This document shows positions 36,861 to 45,673 of a DNA stretch of 64,000 nucleotides, piece by piece. Below the pieces are notes generated by a model. The model ran no database searches. It saw only the letters and a list, made by a program, of their open reading frames with translations, and was not told the DNA's origin. The stretch spans positions 42,389-106,388 of the forward strand of contig JBNPEH010000005.1 in assembly GCA_051117635.1 (NCBI GenBank), given 5' to 3'. Source of the DNA: Opitutales bacterium (GTDB lineage Bacteria > Verrucomicrobiota > Verrucomicrobiia > Opitutales > JABSRG01). A program made the translations under genes and the position numbers. Positions within the stretch are counted from its first letter, which is position 1; each line of letters starts with the position of its first letter.

Positions 36861-38723
36861 TCAGGGCAGTCGCTTGACCAACAGCAGGTGGTTTCGCCCA
36901 CGCTGTCGCCGATAGCGCAAGTCATCCATCAACTGGCGGACCACGTAAACGCCCAGGCCCCCGATCGGACGTTTTTCAAGGTCGCCGCCCAAATCGGGGT
37001 GACGGGCCTGGACCAATGGATTGAAGGGGGGCCCGCAGTCGATGATCCGGGATTCGATCCGGTCGGGCAGGGCCAGAATCTGAATCTGGACAGCGGGCTG
37101 CCCCTTAATGGGCACCGCCCGCTTACCGGCGCCAAACCCGTGCTCGATCGTGTTCACGACCACCTCTTCGAGACAGAGTGTCAGGTCGTGTTGCACGGCT
37201 TCCGGCCAGTTGCAGGCGACGCCCAGTTCGGCGAGTTCGGTTCCCAATTTCGAAACGGCATCCAACGCGGGTGCCAGATCGAAGACCCGCACCTGGCGCT
37301 CCCCGTCGAACGACGTGGCCGCAGCCGTGCCGTCCCCGTGGAACAACACCCGCAGAAGCGTGATGTCATCCTCCAGATGGTCGGCCTGGCCGAAGGATTC
37401 GATGGCCCTCCCGACGGCAGCCATCTCCAACCCGTTCTTCTCCTGATCCAACAGGCGCCGTAACCGTTCCAGGCCGAAGGGCTTTCCCTCCGCGTCCAGC
37501 CGGTCGGTTGCGCCGTCCGTGTAGAGGAACAACCGGTCACCGGGCGCCAGGGACAGATCCTGGTTTTCATAGCGAAACTCGGGCTCCACGCCGAGGGGCA
37601 GGCCGCTTTGCACCGGCAGGGGCATCCAGTCCCGGCCACCCCGGGAGACCAACCCGGGATCATGGCCCGCATTGGCATAGGTCAGCTCTCCCGTGCGACA
37701 GTTCAGGATGCCCGCAAACAGGGTGACAAACATGCAGTTCCGGTTGTTCTCGCACAGGACCCGGTTGGCATGCGCCAGAATATCCGCCGGCCGGTCGAAC
37801 AGGGCGGATCCGGAACTCAGACAGGTCATGGTGCCCGCCATGAACAGGGCCGCCGCCACCCCTTTGTCACTGACGTCCCCGATCGCGAAAAACAGCCGGT
37901 CATCCGCCAGAAGGGCGTAGCTGTAGAGATCGCCCCCCGCCTGATAGGCCGTCCGGTTGAACAGGTCCAGCGAGACGCGCGGATCGGAGAGAACGCCGCC
38001 CCAGGGAGACGGCAGCATCGATTCCTGGATCTGCCCGGCCACGCGCAGCATACCTTCGACCCGTTCCCGCGCCTTGACCTCTTCGCGGAACTGCCGGATC
38101 TGGGCGCCAAGCCGGTCGTCCATGTCCAGGAAGGCCCGAGCCAGGGCACCCACTTCATCCCCCCGTTGTTCGGCGACCGTGCGGACCGGCTGGATGGACC
38201 AGGGATCCGGCGTCGTCTTCTTTTCCGTATCCGCCAGCGGCGTATAGCCAACGAGCGCCCGGGCCAGCGTGTTGATCGGCGCCTTCACCTCGCGGTTACT
38301 GTGCTCCAGCCGGGCAATCAGCAGCTCCACGATAAACCGGTGCACGGCTGCTGCCACCAGGGGCGCATCTGTTTCCATGCGCCGCAGGGCTTTGCCCGTC
38401 AGTGCAAAGAGCCGAACCGGTTCGAGCGCCTCCACCGTGGCCCCGCGTTTTTCCCGGCGGTAGAGCCCCATTTCCCCGACGGCTTCCCCCGGTTCACAAA
38501 TCCGCAAGGTCACGCCTTCGCCGCCTGTCGTCTCAATGAAGATCCGGAGCCTCCCCGCAACCACGAAAAAGAGAGCATCGGAAACGGCGCCTTCGCGAAA
38601 CAGGAGGGACCCCGCGTCCAGATCCAGCCGATCCAGGAACGGCAACAGACCCGCTTCCCCGTCCAGGGGCTCGAGAAACCGTTTCAGCGCGGCAGGCAGA
38701 AGCTGGGTGTCCGGGGTCGCCAT
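36861..38723 (-). CDS. cNMP-binding / PP2C (SpoIIE-type) phosphatase / RsbW-like HATPase fusion protein
   Basis: N-terminal cNMP-binding fold (LLFREGAVSDALFFVVAGRLRI...GEAVGEMGL). PP2C region (GGDLYSY...FAIGDVSDKGVAAALFM...AGHDPG...LYTDG). C-terminal NTIEHG, IIDCGPPFNP, GGLGVYVVRQL. Start at ATG 38723, because the 854-aa ORF extension overlaps copA. Confidence 0.85.
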   Translation of the reverse strand: MATPDTQLLPAALKRFLEPLDGEAGLLPFLDRLDLDAGSLLFREGAVSDALFFVVAGRLRIFIETTGGEGVTLRICEPGEAVGEMGLYRREKRGATVEALEPVRLFALTGKALRRMETDAPLVAAAVHRFIVELLIARLEHSNREVKAPINTLARALVGYTPLADTEKKTTPDPWSIQPVRTVAEQRGDEVGALARAFLDMDDRLGAQIRQFREEVKARERVEGMLRVAGQIQESMLPSPWGGVLSDPRVSLDLFNRTAYQAGGDLYSYALLADDRLFFAIGDVSDKGVAAALFMAGTMTCLSSGSALFDRPADILAHANRVLCENNRNCMFVTLFAGILNCRTGELTYANAGHDPGLVSRGGRDWMPLPVQSGLPLGVEPEFRYENQDLSLAPGDRLFLYTDGATDRLDAEGKPFGLERLRRLLDQEKNGLEMAAVGRAIESFGQADHLEDDITLLRVLFHGDGTAAATSFDGERQVRVFDLAPALDAVSKLGTELAELGVACNWPEAVQHDLTLCLEEVVVNTIEHGFGAGKRAVPIKGQPAVQIQILALPDRIESRIIDCGPPFNPLVQARHPDLGGDLEKRPIGGLGVYVVRQLMDDLRYRRQRGRNHLLLVKRLP

Positions 38724-38829
38724 GAGCGGCTTACCCGATCTTTCGCGCCGACCTGCCTCGCGCAAGGGCAAACCGGCCTGCGTGCGACACCGGATTGAAG
38801 GCGGGGACCGGGACTGGTAACCTGCACCC

Positions 38830-41190
38830 ATGCCAGACCCTGGTTCGGAACCACCCCACGACAAACAATCATCCACCGGACGGGGGAAGGGCAGCGGCCA
38901 TGGCTGCGGGGGTCGGCAGGACGACTCCGCGTCCGGTCCGGTCGGCAGGGCCTGGTACTGCCCCATGTGTTCAAGCGTGGAATCGGACGACCCCGGAGAC
39001 TGCCCGACGTGCGGGATGGCGCTGGAAAGAAATCCGGCCGTAAAAGGGTCACGGACATCCGGATACACCTGCCCCATGCATCCCGAGGTTTTCAGCGAGG
39101 AACCCGGGACCTGCCCGCAGTGCGGTATGGATCTGGAACCGGCTTCCCCTGGCCGTGACGAGAATGCCGAAGCGGTCGAGAGCCGCCGCATGACCCGCCG
39201 CTTCCAAATGGCCACCGCGCTGGCCGTGCCGGTGCTGGTTTTGGCCATGGGGCCCATGGCAGGCATCCCCCTCGACTCCTGGCTGCCCCCCACCCTCAAC
39301 CACTGGCTGCAGGCCCTCTTGTCCGGCCTGGTCATCGTTTTCCCGGGCCGTTTCGTTTTCCAGCGTGCCTGGCAATCCGTCCGTTCGGTGAATCCAAACA
39401 TGTGGACCCTGATCGGGCTCGGCACCCTGGCCGCCTTTGGATTCAGCCTGCTGGCGTTGCTGGCAGACGAGAACCTGCCCGCGGCCTTCCGGGAGGGCGA
39501 CCACCCCCCGGTCTACTTCGAGTCGGCGGCGGTCATTCTGGCGCTCGTCATCCTCGGGCAGATGCTGGAAGCCCGCGCCCGCAGCCGGACGGGCGACGCG
39601 CTGAAGGCCCTCATCAACCAGTCGCCCCGCGAAGCCCATCAGGTCGACGACGCGGGCAACGAGACCACGATCGGGGTTGACGCGGTTCAGGCGGGCGACC
39701 GCTTGCGGGTGCGTCCCGGGGAATCGGTGCCGGTCGATGGCAAGGTGGTCGAGGGCGAGAGCCGGATCGACACGTCGATGATCACCGGAGAGCCGGATCC
39801 CGTTCGGGTGGAGACGGGCGACGCGGTCACGGGGGGAACGATCAATCAGTCCGGATCCTTTCTTATGGAAGCGGAGCATGTCGGGGCGGACACGCTGCTC
39901 AGTCGAATCATCGATCGGGTAGCCGAAGCCCAGCGCAGCCGCGCGCCCATTCAGAGCGTTGCGGACCGGGTGGCCGCCGTATTTGTCCCCGCGGTGGTCG
40001 GCGTATCCATCCTCGCTTTTATCATCTGGGCCTGGTGGGGACCGGAGCCCGCGCTCGCTTACGCCGTGGTCAACGCGGTGGCAGTCCTCATCATTGCCTG
40101 CCCCTGTGCGCTCGGTCTGGCCACGCCGATCTCCATCATGGTCGGCGTCGGTCGTGGCGCGTCGCAAGGCATCCTGATCCGCGATGCCGAGGCGCTCCAG
40201 GTGCTGGAGCGGGTCAATCTGTTGCTGGTGGACAAGACCGGCACGCTGACGGAGGGCAAGCCCCGGGTGACCGATCTCCGACCGGTCGGCGACCACCGGG
40301 ACGAGGACCTGCTTCGTCTGGTGGCTGCCGCCGAGTCATCGAGCGAACATCCGCTCGCCCGATCCATTGTGGAGGCGGCGGAAGACCGTGATCTGGACCT
40401 GCCGGAAAGCTGCGATTTCGCCAGCCAGACCGGTCGGGGCATCACGGCCCGGGTGAAGACCACGACCCTGCACATCGGCAAGCGCGCCTTCATTGAGGAT
40501 CAACTCGACGAAACGGATTCGCTCGATGAGTTGAAGGCTGTCGCGGCTGATTGGGAGCAGGCCGGCAAGACCGTCGTCTGGGTCGCGATCGACGGTCGGC
40601 CCGGCGGCCTCATTTCCGTGGCGGATCCGATCAAGGAAACCACGCCGCAAGCGCTCCAGACGCTCAGGGCCCTCGACATCGAAGTGCGCATGCTGACCGG
40701 AGACCAGCCCGATACCGCGAAAGCGATCGCCCGTCGACTCGGCATCGACGGGGTCGAGGCCGGTCTCTCGCCGGAGGACAAGCAGGCGTGCGTCAACCGG
40801 GCCCGGAAGGAGGGTTACCGGGTCGCGATGGCGGGCGACGGCATCAACGACGCCCCGGCGCTGGCCGCCGCCGATGTCGGTATTGCGATGGGCACGGGAA
40901 CCGACGTGGCCATCGAAAGCGCGGGCATCAGCCTGGTCCGGGGCGATCTGAGAAGCATCGAGCAGGCGGTGCTCCTGAGCCGGGCAACGCTGCGCAATAT
41001 TCGCCAGAACCTCTTTTTCGCCTTTGTCTACAACGGCCTGGGCGTCCCCCTGGCGGCCGGGCTGCTGTATCCGGTGTCCGGCATCCTGCTCAGCCCGATG
41101 ATCGCCGCCGCCGCCATGAGCCTGAGCTCGGTTTCGGTCATCGGCAACGCGCTCCGCCTGCGGAAATGCGACCTCGGTGGAAACCGGTAA
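38830..41190 (+). CDS. copA: Copper-type P1B heavy-metal-translocating ATPase with two N-terminal CPxC...CPxCGM zinc-ribbon-like metal-binding modules
   Basis: WYCPMCSS...CPTCGMALE and YTCPMHPE...CPQCGMDLE. TM CPC (IIACPCALGLATP), DKTGTLT, GDGINDAPALA. Confidence 0.9.
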   Translation: MPDPGSEPPHDKQSSTGRGKGSGHGCGGRQDDSASGPVGRAWYCPMCSSVESDDPGDCPTCGMALERNPAVKGSRTSGYTCPMHPEVFSEEPGTCPQCGMDLEPASPGRDENAEAVESRRMTRRFQMATALAVPVLVLAMGPMAGIPLDSWLPPTLNHWLQALLSGLVIVFPGRFVFQRAWQSVRSVNPNMWTLIGLGTLAAFGFSLLALLADENLPAAFREGDHPPVYFESAAVILALVILGQMLEARARSRTGDALKALINQSPREAHQVDDAGNETTIGVDAVQAGDRLRVRPGESVPVDGKVVEGESRIDTSMITGEPDPVRVETGDAVTGGTINQSGSFLMEAEHVGADTLLSRIIDRVAEAQRSRAPIQSVADRVAAVFVPAVVGVSILAFIIWAWWGPEPALAYAVVNAVAVLIIACPCALGLATPISIMVGVGRGASQGILIRDAEALQVLERVNLLLVDKTGTLTEGKPRVTDLRPVGDHRDEDLLRLVAAAESSSEHPLARSIVEAAEDRDLDLPESCDFASQTGRGITARVKTTTLHIGKRAFIEDQLDETDSLDELKAVAADWEQAGKTVVWVAIDGRPGGLISVADPIKETTPQALQTLRALDIEVRMLTGDQPDTAKAIARRLGIDGVEAGLSPEDKQACVNRARKEGYRVAMAGDGINDAPALAAADVGIAMGTGTDVAIESAGISLVRGDLRSIEQAVLLSRATLRNIRQNLFFAFVYNGLGVPLAAGLLYPVSGILLSPMIAAAAMSLSSVSVIGNALRLRKCDLGGNR

Positions 41191-41417
41191 CGTCGAGGTA
41201 TCTCACGGAGAGGAGCGCAGCGACTCGGAGTTGAGATCACCGTCTGGATGGCCGTTCCTTTTTGACTCACGCCATTTCGACAAGCTCAAGGCCCTGAGCC
41301 TGCCGCAGGGCAAAGCCCCAAAGACCCCAAGGTTTTCATCTTCGATTCACTTCGTTCATTACCCGCTGGCGGGATCTTTGACTTTGGGTCTTCGGGTCTT
41401 GAGCGTAGCGGGCGTGA

Positions 41418-41454
41418 GATTCATGAGAAGTCCGGGTTCGGTGGCTCGAACCCG
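41418..41454 (-). repeat. Solo right-end copy of the repeat family plus an 8-bp hairpin directly after the GT2 stop (candidate terminator)
   Basis: gattcatgagaagtccggg (41418-41436) matches 50467-50485 and 7412-7430. Hairpin cgggttcg gtggct cgaacccg (41433-41454) abuts the stop codon at 41456-41458. Confidence 0.45.
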
Positions 41455-41455
41455 A

Positions 41456-42157
41456 TTACCGCCGGAACAGGTTGTATTTGAGGATGGCGTAGATGGCGCG
41501 AAAGCCGTCCTTCCACCCGATCTTTTTACCCTCGGCGTAGGTGCGCCCGTAGTAGCTGATCCCGACCTCGAAGATGGCCACATCCTGTCTGGCCACCTTG
41601 GCGGTGATCTCAGGCTCGAAACCGAAGCGGTTCTCCTTGATTTCAATGCCCTGGATGACCTCGCGGCGGAAGACTTTGTAGCAGGTTTCCATGTCGGTTA
41701 GGTTGATGTTGGTCAGCATGTTCGACAGCGTGGTGAGAAACCGGTTGCCGACCATGTGCCAGAAATAGACCACGCGGTGCGGCCCCCCACCCTGGAAGCG
41801 GGACCCGAAGACGACGTCCGCCTTGCCCCCGAGAATGGGCCCGAGCAGGCGACCATAGTCCCCCGGATCGTACTCCAGGTCGGCGTCCTGAATCAGAATG
41901 ATATCGCCGGTGGCCTCGGCGATACCGGTCCGCAGGGCGGCTCCTTTCCCCTGATTTTCCGTGTGCCGGCAAATACGGGTCAGCTGTTCCTCCGGCGCCG
42001 CTTGGAGAGCGGCCAGCGTTCCGTCGGTCGAGGCGTCGTCCACGGCGATCACCTCACAGGCCAGCTCCAGGTTCTCGACCGAGCGATGAACGGCCGCGAG
42101 AATCCGTGCGATGGTCCGCTCCTCGTTGTAGCAGGGTATGATGACCGAGAGCTTCAT
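41456..42157 (-). CDS. Family 2 glycosyltransferase
   Basis: [16 protein letters not shown]...VDDASTDGT...[10 protein letters not shown]. Confidence 0.9.
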   Translation of the reverse strand: MKLSVIIPCYNEERTIARILAAVHRSVENLELACEVIAVDDASTDGTLAALQAAPEEQLTRICRHTENQGKGAALRTGIAEATGDIILIQDADLEYDPGDYGRLLGPILGGKADVVFGSRFQGGGPHRVVYFWHMVGNRFLTTLSNMLTNINLTDMETCYKVFRREVIQGIEIKENRFGFEPEITAKVARQDVAIFEVGISYYGRTYAEGKKIGWKDGFRAIYAILKYNLFRR

Positions 42158-42172
42158 GCGGTGTAGTGACCG

Positions 42173-43018
42173 CTACAATACATCGGCGAAGGCGCGCTGC
42201 AACCCCAGGAACACCCAGGCGCCCACCCCGGCCACCAGCAGGCTGACCAGCCAGAGACAGACAAGGGCGACGGGCTCCGGGGGGAAGCCCCAAAGCACCA
42301 TCCGGCGGCCCTGCTCCACAACATGCACCAGCGGGTTCAGGTCCAGCCAGGGTCGCAAACCGACCGGCGCCTGCTCCACCCGGTAGAAGACCGCGCTGGC
42401 ATAGAGCAGGGCCTGGCTGAGAAAGGCGCTGAAAGGGCCGAGGTCACGGAAGAAAACGCCCAGGCCGGACAACAGCCAGGCCAGCCCGAGCCCCAGCAGC
42501 AGCAGGGGCGGGAGGACCAGGGGCAAGCCGACCAGCGCGGTGATGCCGGGAGGGCGCCCGACCAGAAACTGCCCGGCCAGAACCATGAGGAGGCTGACCA
42601 GCAGCGGCAAGGCCGCCGCCAGGGTCGCCGCCAGCGGAATCAGCTCCACCGGCACCCGGACCTTTTTGACGAAATTGGGCCGGGCCACGATCAGGCTCGG
42701 CGCCTGGCCGAGCAGGCCGCCGACGAACTGGAAAAGCGTCAGCCCGAAGAAAATACCCAAGGCATAGTCGCCGCGGCTTTCATCCGGAAGCACACCGAAG
42801 CGTCCACCGAAAATGACACCGAAGACCAGGTAATACAGCGCCAGCATCAGCAGCGGGGAGAGAATCATCCAGAGCGCACCCAGGCTGCTGCCGCGATACT
42901 GCTCGGCCACCATCCGCCCGGTGAACTGGCGCAGCAGGCCCCGGTGCCGCCAGCATCTCGCCGGCAGGGTCAGCGTCCGGTGCAGGCTGGTTTGGTCACT
43001 GTCTGTCCGGCGGTCCAT
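42173..43018 (-). CDS. ABC-2-type polysaccharide/O-antigen export permease (Wzm/TagG-like)
   Basis: RYRGSSLGALWMILSPLLMLALYYLVFGVIFG and six hydrophobic segments. ATG at 43018. Confidence 0.8.
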   Translation of the reverse strand: MDRRTDSDQTSLHRTLTLPARCWRHRGLLRQFTGRMVAEQYRGSSLGALWMILSPLLMLALYYLVFGVIFGGRFGVLPDESRGDYALGIFFGLTLFQFVGGLLGQAPSLIVARPNFVKKVRVPVELIPLAATLAAALPLLVSLLMVLAGQFLVGRPPGITALVGLPLVLPPLLLLGLGLAWLLSGLGVFFRDLGPFSAFLSQALLYASAVFYRVEQAPVGLRPWLDLNPLVHVVEQGRRMVLWGFPPEPVALVCLWLVSLLVAGVGAWVFLGLQRAFADVL

Positions 43019-44171
43019 GATCGTCGCAGGGGCATCGGCGACAGCCTTCCTCCGCCCGGGCTTGTCGGGAAGCCTTTCCGTCCCCGTTGAGCCAGGGGGC
43101 CAGGGCCTGCCGGTATTGGTCGGCCTGTCGCTCAGGCGAAAAATGTTCCCGGACAAAAGCCGGCCCCACCGCCGCAAACGACCGGCGGCGTTCCGGATTC
43201 TCCAGCAATTGCACCAGGGCCCGGCGGTAACCGGTCGTGTCGGCCGGGCGGACCAGCAGGCCGCTGCGTCCGTCCGCAAAACATTCCCCGACCCCGGCGA
43301 CGTCGTAGGCGACCACCGGCAGGCCGGCCGCCTGCGCCTCGATGAGGAAGTTGGGCAGCGATTCCTCCAGCGATGTCAGGCAGGCCACATCGGCCGCCTC
43401 GTAGTAGGGCACCGGATCGGCCTGGTAGCCGAGAAAACGGACGCGGTCGGCCAGCCCGTAGCGGCGGGCAATCCGTTCGCAACGGCGGCGCTCCCGTCCC
43501 TCACCGAGGAGCCAGAGTTCCCAGGCAGGATCGGTTTGCAGGCCGCTCAGGATGGCCAGCAGCCCCTGGTGGTTTTTACCCGGACGGAAGGCCGCGATTT
43601 TGATCAGCACAGGGGTTTCCGGTGGTGTTCCCACCGCCTGGCGGCAGCGATCGCGTCGGTCCGCCCGGCCGGCGGGATCGAATAGCCGGACAAGCGGATT
43701 GCGAATCACCTGTATCCGATTTTCGGATACATCCAGGCGCCGAACCCGGGCCTCCGCGTAACGGCTGTTAACGATGACGACCCGGGCCGAGCGCAGACCC
43801 GCCCGGTAGGGCGAAGTAAAGGGCCGGCCGGTGCGGACTGTGGCGATCCGCGGCAGCGCAGGCAGATGTTTCGCCAGCCACGCCCCCGCCTCGTTGGCGG
43901 TGCGGCCCATGAGGATCAGCAGACCCGGCTGCAGGGCCTTGAGGCGCACGCCAAGACGCCGGCGGGGAAAGCGATTGATGCGCCAGTCCCGCCTGGTCAG
44001 GGATTCGTGCGTCAGGCCCAGGTCGGCGGCCCGACCGGCGAGGCGTCCGCCCGGGCGAGCCGTCAGGAGGTGGACCGTTTGCCCGGCGTCCTGAAGCAAC
44101 TTTCCCAGGAAGAGGGTCTGCGCCTCGGTGCCGCCCGACCGGAGAAAATCCTGGAGAATGACAACGCGCAT
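42996..44171 (-). CDS. Family 4 (GT-B) glycosyltransferase
   Basis: MRVVILQDFLRSGGTE... N-terminus. C-terminal EESLPNFLIEAQAAGLPVVAYDVAG (E-x7-E-like). ATG at 44171. Confidence 0.8.
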   Translation of the reverse strand: MRVVILQDFLRSGGTEAQTLFLGKLLQDAGQTVHLLTARPGGRLAGRAADLGLTHESLTRRDWRINRFPRRRLGVRLKALQPGLLILMGRTANEAGAWLAKHLPALPRIATVRTGRPFTSPYRAGLRSARVVIVNSRYAEARVRRLDVSENRIQVIRNPLVRLFDPAGRADRRDRCRQAVGTPPETPVLIKIAAFRPGKNHQGLLAILSGLQTDPAWELWLLGEGRERRRCERIARRYGLADRVRFLGYQADPVPYYEAADVACLTSLEESLPNFLIEAQAAGLPVVAYDVAGVGECFADGRSGLLVRPADTTGYRRALVQLLENPERRRSFAAVGPAFVREHFSPERQADQYRQALAPWLNGDGKASRQARAEEGCRRCPCDDHGPPDRQ

Positions 44172-44223
44172 GACGGGCGGACCTGGGGCGAATCGGCGGG
44201 CAGCGGGGGCAGGCCGATGGCGC

Positions 44224-45483
44224 TCAGGGCTTGCCAAAGAGAAGAGACACGTTGGCCCCGCCGAAACCGCTGCTGTTGCTCAAGGCAAGCCGGGGTACCT
44301 CGTCGCGGGTCGCACGGAGAATGTTCAAATCTTCGGCGGCGGCATCCAGTTCCCCGATGTGCGCGGATCCCGGCGTGAAGCCCTCCCTCATACCCAGCAG
44401 GCAGAACCCGGCCTCCATGATACTGCCGAGCGAGAGGCCGTGACCGGTGAGGCTTTTGGTGCTGCTGATACCGGGATAGGCACCCGCCCGGGAAAAGACC
44501 TCTTTCAAAGCCAGCATCTCGGCGGCGTCGCCGGCTGAGGTAGAGGGGGCATGGGCGTTGATGTAATCGATTTCCGCAGGGGGAATGCCGGCGTTTTCCA
44601 AGGCGCGGGTCATGGCCCGGATCAGGCCCAGCCCCTCCGGATGCGGCAGCACGGTATTGAAGCCGTCGCTGGATTGGCCCCAGCCCAGCAGCGTGCCATA
44701 GATGGAAGCTCCGCGGGCCTCGGCTTCAGCCCGGCTCTCCAGGAGGACCGCCGCTCCACCGCCGGTGCCCACGAAACCGTCACGCCGGGCGTCAAAAGGA
44801 CGGGAAGCGGTATCCGGGTCCGGGTTGATGGTCAGCGCGCGCATGGCGCCGAAGGGCAGAATACAGTCGGCATTGCCGTCCTCGGCACCGACCACGAACA
44901 TCCGTTTCTGGCGGCCCAGCCGGATTTCATCACAGGCGGCCCCCAGGGCGTGGCCGCTGCTGGCGCAGGCGGAAGCGAAGCCGCAACTGGAGCCCCGGAT
45001 CCGGAACTGGGCCACGAGATTGAAGTTCAGGGTGCCCGCGATCGAGGCCACGATTCCCTTGGGGTTGGCCCGTTCCACCCCCATGCGATGGAGCTGGTCC
45101 ATAAAGTGATGCAGCAGCCAGGAGGAGCCGGCCGACGCCGTGTACAAACCGGTTTCCGGATCCGACACCGCCTCCGGGGTGAGGCCCGCGTCCTCAATCG
45201 CCTGGACCATGGCGCAATACCCGTAAAGCGCGTTGGGCGACAGCCCACGCAGGAACGAGCGGCTGACCGGGTAGGCCTCGGGCAGCTCCCAGTCCTCCTG
45301 GTCGGGCGACTCGCAATTAAAGCCTTTCACCGTACCGAGCACCTTGACCGGTATGGCCGGATCCTCGAAGGGCGGATAGCGCTCGAATCCGTGCCGCAGG
45401 TGCCGCAGGCTGTCGGAGACCGAGGCCTTGTCGTTCCCGATGCTGGTGATAAAGCCTAGGCCTGTGACGACGACATCATCCAT
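44224..45483 (-). CDS. Beta-ketoacyl-ACP synthase (KAS I/II family)
   Basis: VVVTGLGFITSIGN, active-site ACASSGHALG, INAHAPST, TGHGLS, NSSGFGGANVSL. ATG at 45483. Confidence 0.9.
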   Translation of the reverse strand: MDDVVVTGLGFITSIGNDKASVSDSLRHLRHGFERYPPFEDPAIPVKVLGTVKGFNCESPDQEDWELPEAYPVSRSFLRGLSPNALYGYCAMVQAIEDAGLTPEAVSDPETGLYTASAGSSWLLHHFMDQLHRMGVERANPKGIVASIAGTLNFNLVAQFRIRGSSCGFASACASSGHALGAACDEIRLGRQKRMFVVGAEDGNADCILPFGAMRALTINPDPDTASRPFDARRDGFVGTGGGAAVLLESRAEAEARGASIYGTLLGWGQSSDGFNTVLPHPEGLGLIRAMTRALENAGIPPAEIDYINAHAPSTSAGDAAEMLALKEVFSRAGAYPGISSTKSLTGHGLSLGSIMEAGFCLLGMREGFTPGSAHIGELDAAAEDLNILRATRDEVPRLALSNSSGFGGANVSLLFGKP

Positions 45484-45673
45484 GGGATAAAGGAGGACCA
45501 CCGCTTGCGCGACAAAAGGAGCACTCCGCGGCTGGGTCAGCCGGAAGCATCGACCCGCCGACAATCTTCACTCAACCCCAAAAATTGAAGGTCACCGCAC
45601 CGGACGGTTGTCCCGACACATCGGCTTTACACGGAAGACACGAAGGCGTAACAAAACCTTCCCTTGCCGCCTT

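Noticed and set aside
38724-39425. The N-terminal 234-aa extension of the 854-aa ORF 36861..39425
   Set aside because: It is low-complexity and lies antisense to the well-supported copA N-terminus. The recognisable cNMP-binding domain begins right after the internal ATG at 38723, which leaves a sensible 106-bp divergent spacer.
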